A stretch of 63,652 nt of DNA, the filler included, from Octopus bimaculoides (lineage: Eukaryota), in assembly GCF_001194135.2 (NCBI RefSeq). It is 4 parts of 4 records of this genome, joined end to end, with 100 filler letters (N's around TTAATTAATTAA, not from the genome) between each part and the next. Parts side by side here need not be neighbours in the genome. Positions count along the whole stretch, not along the records: positions 1 to 30,247 come from NC_069000.1; 3 more parts are not named here. The stretch is one strand, 5' to 3'. The translations under genes were made by a program, and so were the position numbers. The notes beneath the pieces are model-generated. The model saw only the letters and a program-made list of their open reading frames with translations, was not told the DNA's origin and did not search any database. Positions within the stretch are counted from its first letter, which is position 1. Every line of letters begins with the position of its first letter. Positions 13,960 through 26,542 of this stretch are shown in pieces.

Positions 13960-14590
13960 TAAAGTCTTTAGACATACTTCCGGGTTCTTTCCATTTTTAC
14001 ATTTGCCTTATAATGCCTTTTTACATTGCCTTACAAAATATACATGTCCTAAAGCATGTAATCAGAATACCTTAAAAGTTAGTTATAGCTGCATGGCTAT
14101 TATAGAAATATCAATGCTGGTAGAGACGTCCCATGCCATCCCCAAAATATTTTAAGTAAGTTTAGTGATCCTTGTATTCAGCGGTCAAATCTGAGAACAG
14201 TTATTAGCACATCCCGCCAATCTCAATGATAGAATTAATAAGTACAGCTGGAAAAATAAAGTATAATACCCATTAAACAGCTTATGCAAAGCTAACTTAC
14301 TAATCTAGTAAGTATCGATGTTTATACTATAGAACCGTATTTAGATAAACAGGCAGAGAAATATCACAGCATTATAAAGCTACATATTGTACTTGAAAGC
14401 TCATAACATTAGTAACTTTAATGCCACCTAGTTCATATTGCATTTTAGAAAGAAGTGTACCCCAGTTCAAATATCTGTGGCCTCTGTAACAATGAAAAAT
14501 ACTTTGTCCTCATTCGAACAACCGTCACGTTGAATAGAAGAGCAGAACTGATTTCTAAGTGTTGCCATAAAGAAAGATATTCATTTTCAT
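13960..14590 (+). mobile_element. Penelope-like element remnant (linker plus GIY-YIG C-terminus), second lineage
   Basis: NTLKVSYSCM (14066-14095) and CGLCNNEKYFVLIRTTVTLNRRAELISKCCHKERY (14476-14580) match the PLE patterns NTxKxSYSCM and CxLCxxEK...LNxRxELxSKCxH. Confidence 0.75.
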
Positions 14591-15503
14591 TTTAATGGAA
14601 ATCTGTATTTATCTACGTAAATATCGTGTTGAGATCAAGCTATTCTTCTAGTTTGTCACTAATGCATATACGTATATATATATATATNNNNNNNNNNNNN
14701 NNNNNNNNNNNNNNNNNNNNNNNNNNNNNNNNNNNNNNNNNNNNNNNNNNNNNNNNNNNNNNNNNNNNNNNNNNNNNNNNNNNNNNNNNNNNNNNNNNNN
14801 NNNNNNNNNNNNNNNNNNNNNNNNNNNNNNNNNNNNNNNNNNNNNNNNNNNNNNNNNNNNNNNNNNNNNNNNNNNNNNNNNNNNNNNNNNNNNNNNNNNN
14901 NNNNNNNNNNNNNNNNNNNNNNNNNNNNNNNNNNNNNNNNNNNNNNNNNNNNNNNNNNNNNNNNNNNNNNNNNNNNNNNNNNNNNNNNNNNNNNNNNNNN
15001 NNNNNNNNNNNNNNNNNNNNNNNNNNNNNNNNNNNNNNNNNNNNNNNNNNNNNNNNNNNNNNNNNNNNNNNNNNNNNNNNNNNNNNNNNNNNNNNNNNNN
15101 NNNNNNNNNNNNNNNNNNNNNNNNNNNNNNNNNNNNNNNNNNNNNNNNNNNNNNNNNNNNNNNNNNNNNNNNNNNNNNNNNNNNNNNNNNNNNNNNNNNN
15201 NNNNNNNNNNNNNNNNNNNNNNNNNNNNNNNNNNNNNNNNNNNNNNNNNNNNNNNNNNNNNNNNNNNNNNNNNNNNNNNNNNNNNNNNNNNNNNNNNNNN
15301 NNNNNNNNNNNNNNNNNNNNNNNNNNNNNNNNNNNNNNNNNNNNNNNNNNNNNNNNNNNNNNNNNNNNNNNNNNNNNNNNNNNNNNNNNNNNNNNNNNNN
15401 NNNNNNNNNNNNNNNNNNNNNNNNNNNNNNNNNNNNNNNNNNNNNNNNNNNNNNNNNNNNNCTAAACGTATGTGTTCATATGAATACATAAATATCTATA
15501 GTT

Positions 15504-15550
<47 letters not shown>

Positions 15551-15687
15551 CCTATATCTGTATGGCTGAATGCGGGGTCTTTGTTTCTTAACCTCAACTT
15601 CTTATATGTTAGAGAATATCAAAAATCAATCATTTTTATTACCAACGCAAAGACTTTCACCTTGAAATCCACATACATTGCGCGCGT

Positions 15688-15720
<33 letters not shown>

Positions 15721-16272
15721 TACACACACGCACGCAAACACAGACATACACACACACACACACACATACAAAACCACATTTCCCCTAGAATCATTTCTTC
15801 AAAAGAAAACCAAAAACGACAAAATAATGTGGGATTTATCTGCGTCCATTGTAAGTTGATTTGAACAACATTTAAAGAATTCCTTGAAAGCACGTTTCAT
15901 TCCTCGTTCCTGTTCCCTTAATAACCATTCTCTGTGTCAGTTATATATTGAAGACATGTGGTTTACCAAGATAACAACAAAAGTACAATGGCATCATGAT
16001 TGAAAACGAAAAGGAAAGAAGAAAATGGGGTGGGCACTCGATAACGTGAGGGTATAAAGTATTGGAGGGTATAAAATATTCGATTTCAGCTACAAATCTT
16101 CTCTGTATAAAAGGCGAGCTGGAATAATGCTTCAATGGAAAGACGTTTTTACTGCTTTCTTATAAGTCAATGTTATTACGTTAAATAATACATATCAAGA
16201 TCCATTATGTGTGTATATATATGTATATATATCTGTTGTATCTATTTATCTATCTATCTAGCTAGCTATATC

Positions 16273-16323
<51 letters not shown>

Positions 16324-16328
16324 GCCTG

Positions 16329-16359
<31 letters not shown>

Positions 16360-16462
16360 GTTTGTCTGTCTGTCTGTCACTCTTTATCTATCTATCTATC
16401 TATCTATCTATCTGTCTGTCCGTCTATCTGTCTGTCTGTCTATCTGTCTGTCTGTCTGTCTC

Positions 16463-16517
<55 letters not shown>

Positions 16518-16724
16518 ATTTATCTCTATCTCTCCCTATAAATCGATCGACCTTTCTCTGTCTCTCTCTCTCTTTGCATTCATTAATCTATTTATATACA
16601 ATATCTTCCTTTTCATATACATCTATGTCTACCTCTCTCCCTAATAAATAACTGATGACATCTCATATGCCGCACCAGTTCAAATCATATAAGCTATCTA
16701 TTTATTGATCCTTTCATTTAACAG

Positions 16725-16777
16725 ATATTCTGAATGGTGAAAATACGAGGGTAAAGGAGAAATTTCCGTTTACAAAG
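16725..16777 (+). CDS. Candidate 53-nt coding exon (ILNGENTRVKEKFPFTK), product unknown
   Basis: Acceptor cctttcatttaacAG, an open frame, and donor AAG|GTAAAC at 16778. No recognisable homology. Confidence 0.25.
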
Positions 16778-17529
16778 GTAAACGGAAAGGGGAAATTTCA
16801 ATTTGAAATTGATGGAAATATTCCGGTGTTCTTCCCGATAATCCACAGGAGAGCGTACAGGGGAATGTGATAACAACAACAACAACAACAACGAAGACAT
16901 TAACAACAACAACAACAACAATAACAATCATAATAATATTAATAACTCTTTCTTCTATATGCACGAGGACTGATAGTTTTGTGGTGGTGGTGGTGGCGGT
17001 GGTGGTGGTGGCGGTGGTGATGGAGGGAGGGTAAGTCGATTACNNNNNNNNNNNNNNNNNNNNNNNNNNNNNNNNNNNNNNNNNNNNNNNNNNNNNNNNN
17101 NNNNNNNNNNNNNNNNNNNNNNNNNNNNNNNNNNNNNNNNNNNNNNNNNNNNNNNNNNNNNNNNNNNNNNNNNNNNNNNNNNNNNNNNNNNNNNNNNNNN
17201 NNNNNNNNNNNNNNNNNNNNNNNNNNNNNNNNNNNNNNNNNNNNNNNNNNNNNNNNNNNNNNNNNNNNNNNNNNNNNNNNNNNNNNNNNNNNNNNNNNNN
17301 NNNNNNNNNNNNNNNNNNNNNNNNNNNNNNNNNNNNNNNNNNNNNNNNNNNNNNNNNNNNNNNNNNNNNNNNNNNNNNNNNNNNNNNNNNNNNNNNNNNN
17401 NNNNNNNNNNNNNNNNNNNNNNNNNNNNNNNNNNNNNNNNNNNNNNNNNNNNNNNNNNNNNNNNNNNNNNNNNNNNNNNNNNNNNNNNNNNNNNNNNNNN
17501 NNNNNNNNNNNNNNNNNNNNNNNNNNNNN

Positions 17530-18005
17530 TCTTATGCCGTAAATACCAATATGAAGTAACAGAGAACTGGTATGAGCATGTAGCAAGTAAAGTTATGCAG
17601 GAGGATGGAAAAGGAACGATACTCTGGGACTATGATTTTCAGACGGATCGTGTAATCGAACACCGTCGGCGGGATATTGTCATATTGAGTAAGAGAGACA
17701 AACATTGTCAGATCATTGATGTAACCATAGCAAATGATATGAATGTTGTGAGTAAAGAGGTTGAAAAAACCACAAAGTACTCCGAAATGAAAGCGGAAAT
17801 GGCAAGATTCTATGGAATGCGAGAGGGTAATATAAAAGTGATACCAGGGGTGATCGGAGCGTTGGGCTCGATCCCATTGAAACTTCAAAACTTCTTAAGG
17901 CACAGCGCACATCTTAAGGAAAGTATTATCTGTCTGAGGTCCTTGTTGTGACTTGACAGATGACTAAAGACACCGGTGCATTTTTACATACACTGTGTTA
18001 GGAAG

Positions 18006-18006
<1 letters not shown>
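17530..18006 (+). mobile_element. R4/Dong-like non-LTR retrotransposon 3' end (RLE domain), lineage A
   Basis: ORF 17595-17951 ILWDYDFQTDRVIEHRRRDIV...IIDVTIAND...KEVEKTTKY...VIPGVIGALG shows the PD-(D/E)xK layout. A short 3' UTR is followed by (TAA)n at 18007-18045. Confidence 0.85.
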
Positions 18007-18046
<40 letters not shown>

Positions 18047-18049
18047 TTA

Positions 18050-18420
18050 GGTGTAATTGAGAATAGCAAAGTAAGAAAACTATGAGATCCAATGAAACTA
18101 ATCATAAATTGAATGTTGAAAACTGCATATTGTGGTTGTGAATAAAGAGGAAAAGCCAGTTTAATCATAGATATTGCGTGCCCTGGCGACGACAAAATAT
18201 TGGAAAGAGAAGAAGTGAAGCGGGCCATATACGATAAATTGAAGTGGTAGATAAAAGGACTCTAGTAATCGAAGATGGTGATCGCTATACGTGTTGTTAT
18301 TGAGCTCGGAAAATATAAGTACGAAACTCAGAGACTCTGATTGAAAAGACGGGGGTAAATGTGAAGATAACGGATCTACAGAAATTAGCGACACTTGGAA
18401 CTGCTAATATTGCTAATGAA
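18050..18420 (+). mobile_element. Second, more decayed R4/Dong-like RLE fragment
   Basis: HIVVVNKEEK...IIDIACPGDDKILEREE and LGTA remnants directly after the TAA array. Confidence 0.7.
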
Positions 18421-18447
18421 TGGTACTACAAGTAGTAACGGTATACT

Positions 18448-18617
18448 AAAATAACAGTCAAAACGATTCAAAAGCACAGGTTTTCATTTGTCCAATGTCT
18501 GACTTCTCAATTTTCGATTTCTTTGTCATTGGTCTTAGTGATTTTGCCCGTTCCTCCGACTTCATCTTTATGTAAAAATGAAGACTTGTTCTTCTGAGTC
18601 GTTTTGACTGCTATTTT
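18448..18617. mobile_element. MITE-like element with 42-bp terminal inverted repeats
   Basis: 18448-18489 versus the reverse complement of 18576-18617 gives 36/42 identity by hand alignment. No ORF inside. Confidence 0.7.
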
Positions 18618-20525
18618 ATCATGCTGGTACTACCTGCAGTACCATTTATTTGTAATTAATAATTTTAACCTTTATGTTTTTTATGCGCATGCTAAGCCAC
18701 TGATATTATTATAAANNNNNNNNNNNNNNNNNNNNNNNNNNNNNNNNNNNNNNNNNNNNNNNNNNNNNNNNNNNNNNNNNNNNNNNNNNNNNNNNNNNNN
18801 NNNNNNNNNNNNNNNNNNNNNNNNNNNNNNNNNNNNNNNNNNNNNNNNNNNNNNNNNNNNNNNNNNNNNNNNNNNNNNNNNNNNNNNNNNNNNNNNNNNN
18901 NNNNNNNNNNNNNNNNNNNNNNNNNNNNNNNNNNNNNNNNNNNNNNNNNNNNNNNNNNNNNNNNNNNNNNNNNNNNNNNNNNNNNNNNNNNNNNNNNNNN
19001 NNNNNNNNNNNNNNNNNNNNNNNNNNNNNNNNNNNNNNNNNNNNNNNNNNNNNNNNNNNNNNNNNNNNNNNNNNNNNNNNNNNNNNNNNNNNNNNNNNNN
19101 NNNNNNNNNNNNNNNNNNNNNNNNNNNNNNNNNNNNNNNNNNNNNNNNNNNNNNNNNNNNNNNNNNNNNNNNNNNNNNNNNNNNNNNNNNNNNNNNNNNN
19201 NNNNNNNNNNNNNNNNNNNNNNNNNNNNNNNNNNNNNNNNNNNNNNNNNNNNNNNNNNNNNNNNNNNNNNNNNNNNNNNNNNNNNNNNNNNNNNNNNNNN
19301 NNNNNNNNNNNNNNNNNNNNNNNNNNNNNNNNNNNNNNNNNNNNNNNNNNNNNNNNNNNNNNTATATATATATATATATGTATATACATATATAAATATA
19401 CATATATGCATACATACATGCTTACATATATATAAATGTATATGTGTATGTACACACATACACACGCGCCCATACACATACACATATAAAGACACCGAGG
19501 GAGAGGGGTGATAGAAAGTGAGCCGAAAAACATTGAAAATGTCATACAGCAGCCAAAATACAAGAACAGCCACCCCACCACCCCAACAATAACAACAACA
19601 ACAACAACAGCAAAATGAACAACAGCAACAACGATGACAATGACGTCGACAAGGAGAATCTATAATTATGGCGCATATTTCATTCTTCGATTGAATTATT
19701 ATTAACGGAACGTTACAATGTCTGCCTTCCATTGAAACATCTCGCAGTAATATTTTAAACGCTCAACCTTTATCGCTTTTAATTTCATTAAATTCAATTT
19801 TTGAATATTAATCAACATTTAATTAGAAATATAATGCGGAAAGCATTTTGTAAAATATTAAATTAAATGTATTAAATAGAAAAGTATTAGAGAAAAAAAA
19901 AACTGAGAGAAAGAAACGACAAACAACAACAAAAAATCCTCAACCTATCCTATTATTTGTGATAAATTCTTGTTAATAAGTTGTTAACCAACCCTTGAGC
20001 GTTTTATATCTTAGCTGGTTGCTTACAAGGTAATATTTAAGACAATTTCATGGGTCGCATAGTACTGGCATTAAATTAAGAAAGAGGGGAATCAATTTAA
20101 TAAATTTGGAAATGCTTTAATAAATTTCATAAAGTTGATATATAACTGTTTCTCTGTTTGTGAAAAACAATAATATTTTCAATTTTACAAGAAAAAAGAA
20201 AAAAAAAAGAAAACGCTGTCAATATGAAACAATATTTGATGCTATGTTATCCTTCTTTTATTTGTATCACTCATTGAATTGCAGCCATGTTGGGAGAGTA
20301 ATCGCTTTCAAAAGTTAGGTTTTAGTCGGATAGATCATTCTGGTATTTATTTTCTTTAAAAGTCTGCTATTTATCCATCGATCGCTTTCCGCTGAGTCGC
20401 TGGGTAATGGGGACGTAAACAAACCAACATTCGTTGTCAGGCTATGTAAATCAAACACGAACACAAAGGCGCAGACACACAAATATATGTATGCATGTAT
20501 ATATATATATATATATATATCTATA

Positions 20526-20860
20526 GGCGGAAGCGTGGCTGTCTCGTAAGAAGCTTGCTGGAGCACCGCCTTCAGTCGTAGAAATTGACCCCAGGACATA
20601 TTCTTCGTAAGCCTAGTGCTTATTCTATCGGTCTCTTTTGTCGAGGTTACGGGGACGTAAACACACCAACATCGGTTGTCAAGTGATGGTGGTGGTGGTG
20701 GGGGAAACCACCGATACACAAATACATACATACATATATATATACGACGGGCCTCTTTCAATTTCCGTCTTCCAAATCCACTCTCAAGGCTTTTGGTAGA
20801 ATACACTTGACAAAGGTGCCATGCAGTGGAACTGAACCCGGAACCATGTGGTGGGGAAGC
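20526..20860. mobile_element. Octopus-type SINE with internal inversion
   Basis: A + strand head (20526-20559) runs directly into a - strand body that ends at ...accatgtggtggggaagc (20860). Confidence 0.7.
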
Positions 20861-21389
20861 TAAATGATGCTTAATATATGACCTCTTCCTGTGTACCACG
20901 AAGAACACTGCAAAACACATTTTACTCTGCTAAAAGTTTTTGTAGAAAAGCGTAATCCTTGCTGGTTTCTTACGTAAATTTACACGTTCTTTTCGGCATT
21001 GTAAAAATAAAGCAAATTATTTAAAGGAAAATATGTATGAAATATCAAAGTTAAGTGAGATATAAAATATGTAATACAATTGTTTTATTTTTATATATTT
21101 TTTGACGCTCCAACATCGGGAGAAATTTACACAGTCAATAACGTAGGATGGACAACAGCGATGAAATATGCAGATCGAATTGGTTATTCATGAAACATCG
21201 AAAGAATTCATTGTTACTTAATCCAAAAACCGATGTGTATGTATGTGTGTGCACAGCAAAAACAAAAAGGGAGTGATTGAACATAGGAGAGAAGATACGA
21301 GGGAAAGAAGAATTCAGAATGAGTGTCTAAAATCCTTCAGATACTCAGCTGCTCTTTGAGGAAAGACAAAAGATGAAAACAGAGTAAAG

Positions 21390-21690
21390 AGAGAGACGTC
21401 TGTGTCAGCGTTGAGCCGTAATGACTCGTTTATCCCCAGGTCTTCCTATCGGTTGGCTCAGGTTAAAGAATCCGTCATCCGATTCTTTTCTGCGACATTT
21501 TAAACGCATATCCGTAGGACCAGAGCTGTGACCCCTGAATGCAGAGACGTATCTGCTCATCTTGATGAGGCTTCTTGACCCCCCAGCTACGTATCACGTT
21601 GGGTAATGTTACTCCAATGATTCTTCGGATAAACCCAATGTCGGCCGCTTGTATTCGCGATCGTACTCTTTAGGTCATCAACTAACATTC
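21390..21690 (-). mobile_element. RTE-clade (Rex3/Expander-like) LINE fragment
   Basis: Minus strand RVRSRIQAADIGFIRRIIGVTL...IRS...SQLW.YG matches the RTE post-RT motif RVRSRIQAAEMxFLRR. Confidence 0.75.
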
Positions 21691-24149
21691 ATGAACATCT
21701 CAATTAATTAATTGAAATCATGTGGCTGTGATGACGAAGAGAAGAAAAAGAATCTTTAGCAAATGATGATCGATTCCCTGCTATATTATACTTTGATAAG
21801 AATAAATCACATTGTCTTCCAGAGGAGATCAATATTTTTTACATCTCATCATTGATTTTAACACAAGGGTGTGTTCCAAATTCTCGCAGCCGGGTCATTG
21901 TCATATACAAATTTCAGTGCAAGCTTATAACCATTTTTTTCAGTTTTTCATGTTGAATTGTTGGCACATCGCCCAGTAGACAAAGTCGTCTACCCAAACA
22001 TGTCTTTGAATGTATTTTGTCTTTGCAAGGAATGGGACACGTAGATCAATAAGCGGTCATTTGTTTCTTTGTGTAGACTATGTTGATTGTATAGTCTACA
22101 GTCTACGATTACGAATGATATTAGAAAGAAGGCTCATTATTTTATGTTTTTTTTATATAGAATTTTATTTATATATGGCTAAGCATTGATACTTTGCAGG
22201 CATAACAAAAATAATAATAATAATAATCTACAAAAAAAAAAACGAAAAAACACACACACACACAAAAAGAAAAACAAACCAAAAATCAAACCCAACCTTC
22301 AGAATCTGCTTTTAGTTCGCAGCTTTTCAGCTATTGTTTGGCATTCATACTGACTTACTTCCTTTCAGCCGATTCTTGCAGGATATTGGTCGTGTACAGG
22401 CTTGCCTTTTTCTTTGTTATTTTCTATATTGTCGACGTCCATTTTCACTGATTTTATCTTTTGAATATATGATTTTTTTATATAACCAATTATGAACCAG
22501 TAGTAGCACTTGTAGTCATAGCAATAGTAGTGATGGAATCGGCAGCTGCGGCGGCGGCGGTAGTGGTGGTGGTGGTGGTGATAGTTGTAACCTTTGTTGG
22601 AAATATTGGTAGTTTCTATTAGCAGGATTACATAATTCGGTTCCTGTCTCCATACTAAATATTTTATTCTTACCTTTGCATCTTTCAGTTTGTTTTATAG
22701 ACTATGACAAAACTACTTCGGGTAGACGAGTATTCCGGATATTAAATTAGATATCTACCTTATAGAAATTATATATATACATATATATATATATATATAC
22801 ATACATATCAAGAAAGGGAGAATACAGAGCGTGATATATAGATATATATACATATATGTATAAATATATATATATGTATATATATATGTATTGAAAGAGA
22901 GAAAAAAATTAGAGAGGAGATATCTATGAATATATATATATATATATANNNNNNNNNNNNNNNNNNNNNNNNNNNNNNNNNNNNNNNNNNNNNNNNNNNN
23001 NNNNNNNNNNNNNNNNNNNNNNNNNNNNNNNNNNNNNNNNNNNNNNNNNNNNNNNNNNNNNNNNNNNNNNNNNNNNNNNNNNNNNNNNNNNNNNNNNNNN
23101 NNNNNNNNNNNNNNNNNNNNNNNNNNNNNNNNNNNNNNNNNNNNNNNNNNNNNNNNNNNNNNNNNNNNNNNNNNNNNNNNNNNNNNNNNTATATATATAT
23201 ATATATGCATAGGCATATGTATATAAGGATAGATAAATAGGCAGGCAGACATATAGCTAGCTAGATAGGTAATTAGATCGATAGAGAGGCAGATAGAAAG
23301 ACAGAAATTTGGAGAGGCGCTATAGCGATATGAAAACAGATAGCGCTATATTGACAAGGTTGGATAGTTAGAGAGAGTATGATAGAAGTGGGGTGGTTAG
23401 ATACGTATATATATATATATATATATATATGTCTGTATGCATGTATGTCTGTATGCAGATTGATACATAGATAAAGACAAATTAATATGAAAAGCTGACA
23501 ATGTCTTTATTAATCTATTGTGTATGTACATATCGAGCGGTGTTTAAAAACTTCACTCAAGTAATTGTGTGTCAAAGAATTTATTAATCGATTACCAATC
23601 TTTATAGAGAAAGAGGGGCGACTTTCAATGATGTAACGATGCGTGGTTTATAAAAGAATTGGCTTTCTCAAAGCATTCAACGACGGCTGCTGTAGCTTTG
23701 CTAGGAGAAAAGAAAGACCATTGGAAATGAACGCATACATTTATAAATACACACAGACACACACACACATATATACACATATGTATGTATGTATGTATAT
23801 ATGAAGGTATGAATTTGTTATACTCTATTGTTGGTGTAATTGGTAAAGTATTAATTGTATTTTAAATTATCTGCCAGATTTAACTAAAAGAGCCACAGAA
23901 TGCTTCTAATGATTAATTATACATGAATAACACATTTGAAAGCCGATGTAATCAGTTCTATGAGAATTCTACAAGAGTTCTTAAAAGTTAGTTCCATATA
24001 GATTTATATTTAAGTATAAATATCTACAAAGGACTTTTCTGAGCGACGTTTTTCAAAAGCTGAGCGATGAATTAATTTGGTGCGCCATCTTTAGAAAGGC
24101 AACTTCTATTGAATAGTTCAACTTCGACTGAACTAAACTTTTCGATATC

Positions 24150-24180
24150 CTGATGAAGGTAACAAGCCATCCGGAAGAGA
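24150..24180 (+). ncRNA. Highly degenerate hammerhead-like motif
   Basis: CTGATGA-A-GGTAACAAGCCATCC-GGAA. Stem II is imperfect and GAAA is altered. Confidence 0.3.
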
Positions 24181-24321
24181 GATTACAATTTGTTAGTGAA
24201 ATTGTAAATGAGGATGCTGTGGCCATATACATCTCATGTTCTTCAAGACTGCAGGAAGGAAAGAAGGAAGGAGATGAAAGAATAAGATGAGATTAACGCA
24301 GTTAATATTCAGTTTGATTTA

Positions 24322-24782
24322 AAGGACGGCGAACTGACAGAATCATTAACGCACCGATCAGAATGCTTAGCGACATTTCATCTGGCTTTACGTTCTGAGT
24401 TCAAATTCCGTCAAGTTCGACTCTTAGGGTCTATAAGTTCATTTTCTTAGCGTCAAGTTCATTCTCTTAGGGTCTATAAAACAAGTACCAGTTGAGTACT
24501 GGGTTCGATGTAATCGACTTGTCTCCCCCCCACCTCGAAAGTACAGGCCTTGTGCTAAAATTTGAAACCGATAATCAGTTTGATGTAAAGTGGTGAGATG
24601 ACAGAATCGTTAGCACGCTGGGCGAAGTGCTTAGCGGCATTTCGTCCGCCTTTACGTTCTGAGTTCAAATTCAGCTGAGGTTTGCTTTGTCTTTCAAGGC
24701 CGATGAAATAAGTATCTGTTGTGCACAGGGATGTGGGTGTCAATGCAATAGACTTTCCCCTTCTCCGAAATTGCTGGCCTTG
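24322..24782 (-). mobile_element. Two tandem copies of the 210-bp SINE-like element
   Basis: Both contain tttacgttctgagttcaaatt and ggccttg, the reverse complement of the 49083/49320 copies. Confidence 0.8.
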
Positions 24783-25689
24783 ATTTCATTGTTGTTGTTT
24801 AACCCTTGGTCAGTCGGGAATTAACATGCTCTTATAAACGATGTACCAGCCACTGGTAGGTAGGCGGTCTTTTTGTACATTGCCATTTGAAGCTGCCGGT
24901 TTTTATGCCGGTAGGCTATGATTAAATAGTAGGACATGATTTCACAGAACTCACTGATTGGACAGATATAGAGTCAGAAACATTCCTACCGTGACTAACC
25001 TGTCAAGGCTTGACAGCCAAATTTGTCACAGAAACATCTTATATTCTTAAAGATACGTAGGCTAAATAACGTGGTCTTTATTTGTCATCTTTGCAGGGAA
25101 AGAAGAATCCCATTAAAATGAACACGTTAATGTTCATTCTAAAGAAGATTCGATGTTATTTGAGGGAGATTTGGTTACTATTTCTTGCAGGTTTAGTGAC
25201 TACGCGGATGCTCGCTCATTGCTTTGACTTTCGAAAGACTATTTCTTAAAAATACTTTCTTTTCATAACTTATTTTATATCATTCATAGCTCACTGATTG
25301 TCATTGCTACCAATTTTTACTCTCCTATTATACTTTGTAAGATACTCGGGGTCTTATCTTTATCTTGTCATGTTCTTTTTTTGTGTGAGAATTGATGGAG
25401 ACGATATATGAGATGGCGTAAAATTTCATTCTCGTTTTTCATTATGATATCTGGACGCATCCCAAATTATTGTAGCCAGATTATTGTCATACACCATTTT
25501 TGGTGCCAATCTACACTAATTATTCTCAGTACTTTTGAAGTGTTCCGAAGAGTCTTCATATTGCGTAATAAACACCACTGTTTCCCCAGCCATCTCTCTC
25601 TCTCTATATATATATTCGGATTTTTCAAGAACTGAGCAATCAGAGAAATGGCGGGATCGATTCTTCGCTTTTGCTTATTGCAGAGTCTT

Positions 25690-26100
25690 ACGCGTCATTA
25701 TTACCGGACAAAACGCTAAGCAGCATTTCTTCCAACTGTTTACGTTCTGAGTTCAAATGCTACCGAGGTCGACTTTGCATTTCATCTTTCGGAGTCGATA
25801 AAATAAGTTCTAATTGAGCACGGGCGGTGGGGTGGGGTCGATGTAGTCTACCAGCCCCTTCTCTCCCAATTTTTAAGCCTTGTTTCCTGTTCTTTTATTC
25901 TTTTATCTGTGTCAATCATTTGACTGCGGCCATGCTGGAACACCAGGACTTATTCTTTGTAAGCCTGTATAAAAAAAATCGTTAAAATATTTCGTATATT
26001 GTAGAATATAGGCACAAGGCCCGAAATTTTGGGGAGGGGGCCAGTTGATTGCTACTTAATTGATCGGCCCCGAAAGGATGAAAGGTAAAGTCGACCATAG
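25690..26100. mobile_element. SINE cluster: 210-bp element (-), partial octopus-type SINE 3' end (-), partial 210-bp element (+)
   Basis: tttacgttctgagttcaaatgctaccgaggtcgac; tttgactgcggccatgctgg; ggcacaaggcccgaaattttgggg...ccgaaaggatgaaagg. Confidence 0.75.
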
Positions 26101-26468
26101 CCAATTTATTGCACATCCAAATCTAATATGAATCCCAAACGACAACCACTGATTTTTACGTTAATCAGAATATATATTTCCATACCGAATAATTATTTCT
26201 AGTAAGTCTTTTATATTTCTTCCATTAAATATATCATCTCTATGTTAACAATGATTTAAAAGTAACAGTTTTGTTTATACATAAGTCAGTGATAGGCAGA
26301 CGATACTTCTGTTATTGTTTGTATGGAAAAAATAACAAACCAGATAACGAAAATAAAACTATTGATTTGCTGTTTAATTAGAATTCCAAGTTTTAATTTC
26401 CCCTCCTGTCTCTCACTCCTTTTCTCAAGAGAAAGAAACACACACACACACACACATATATACGCGGA

Positions 26469-26542
<74 letters not shown>

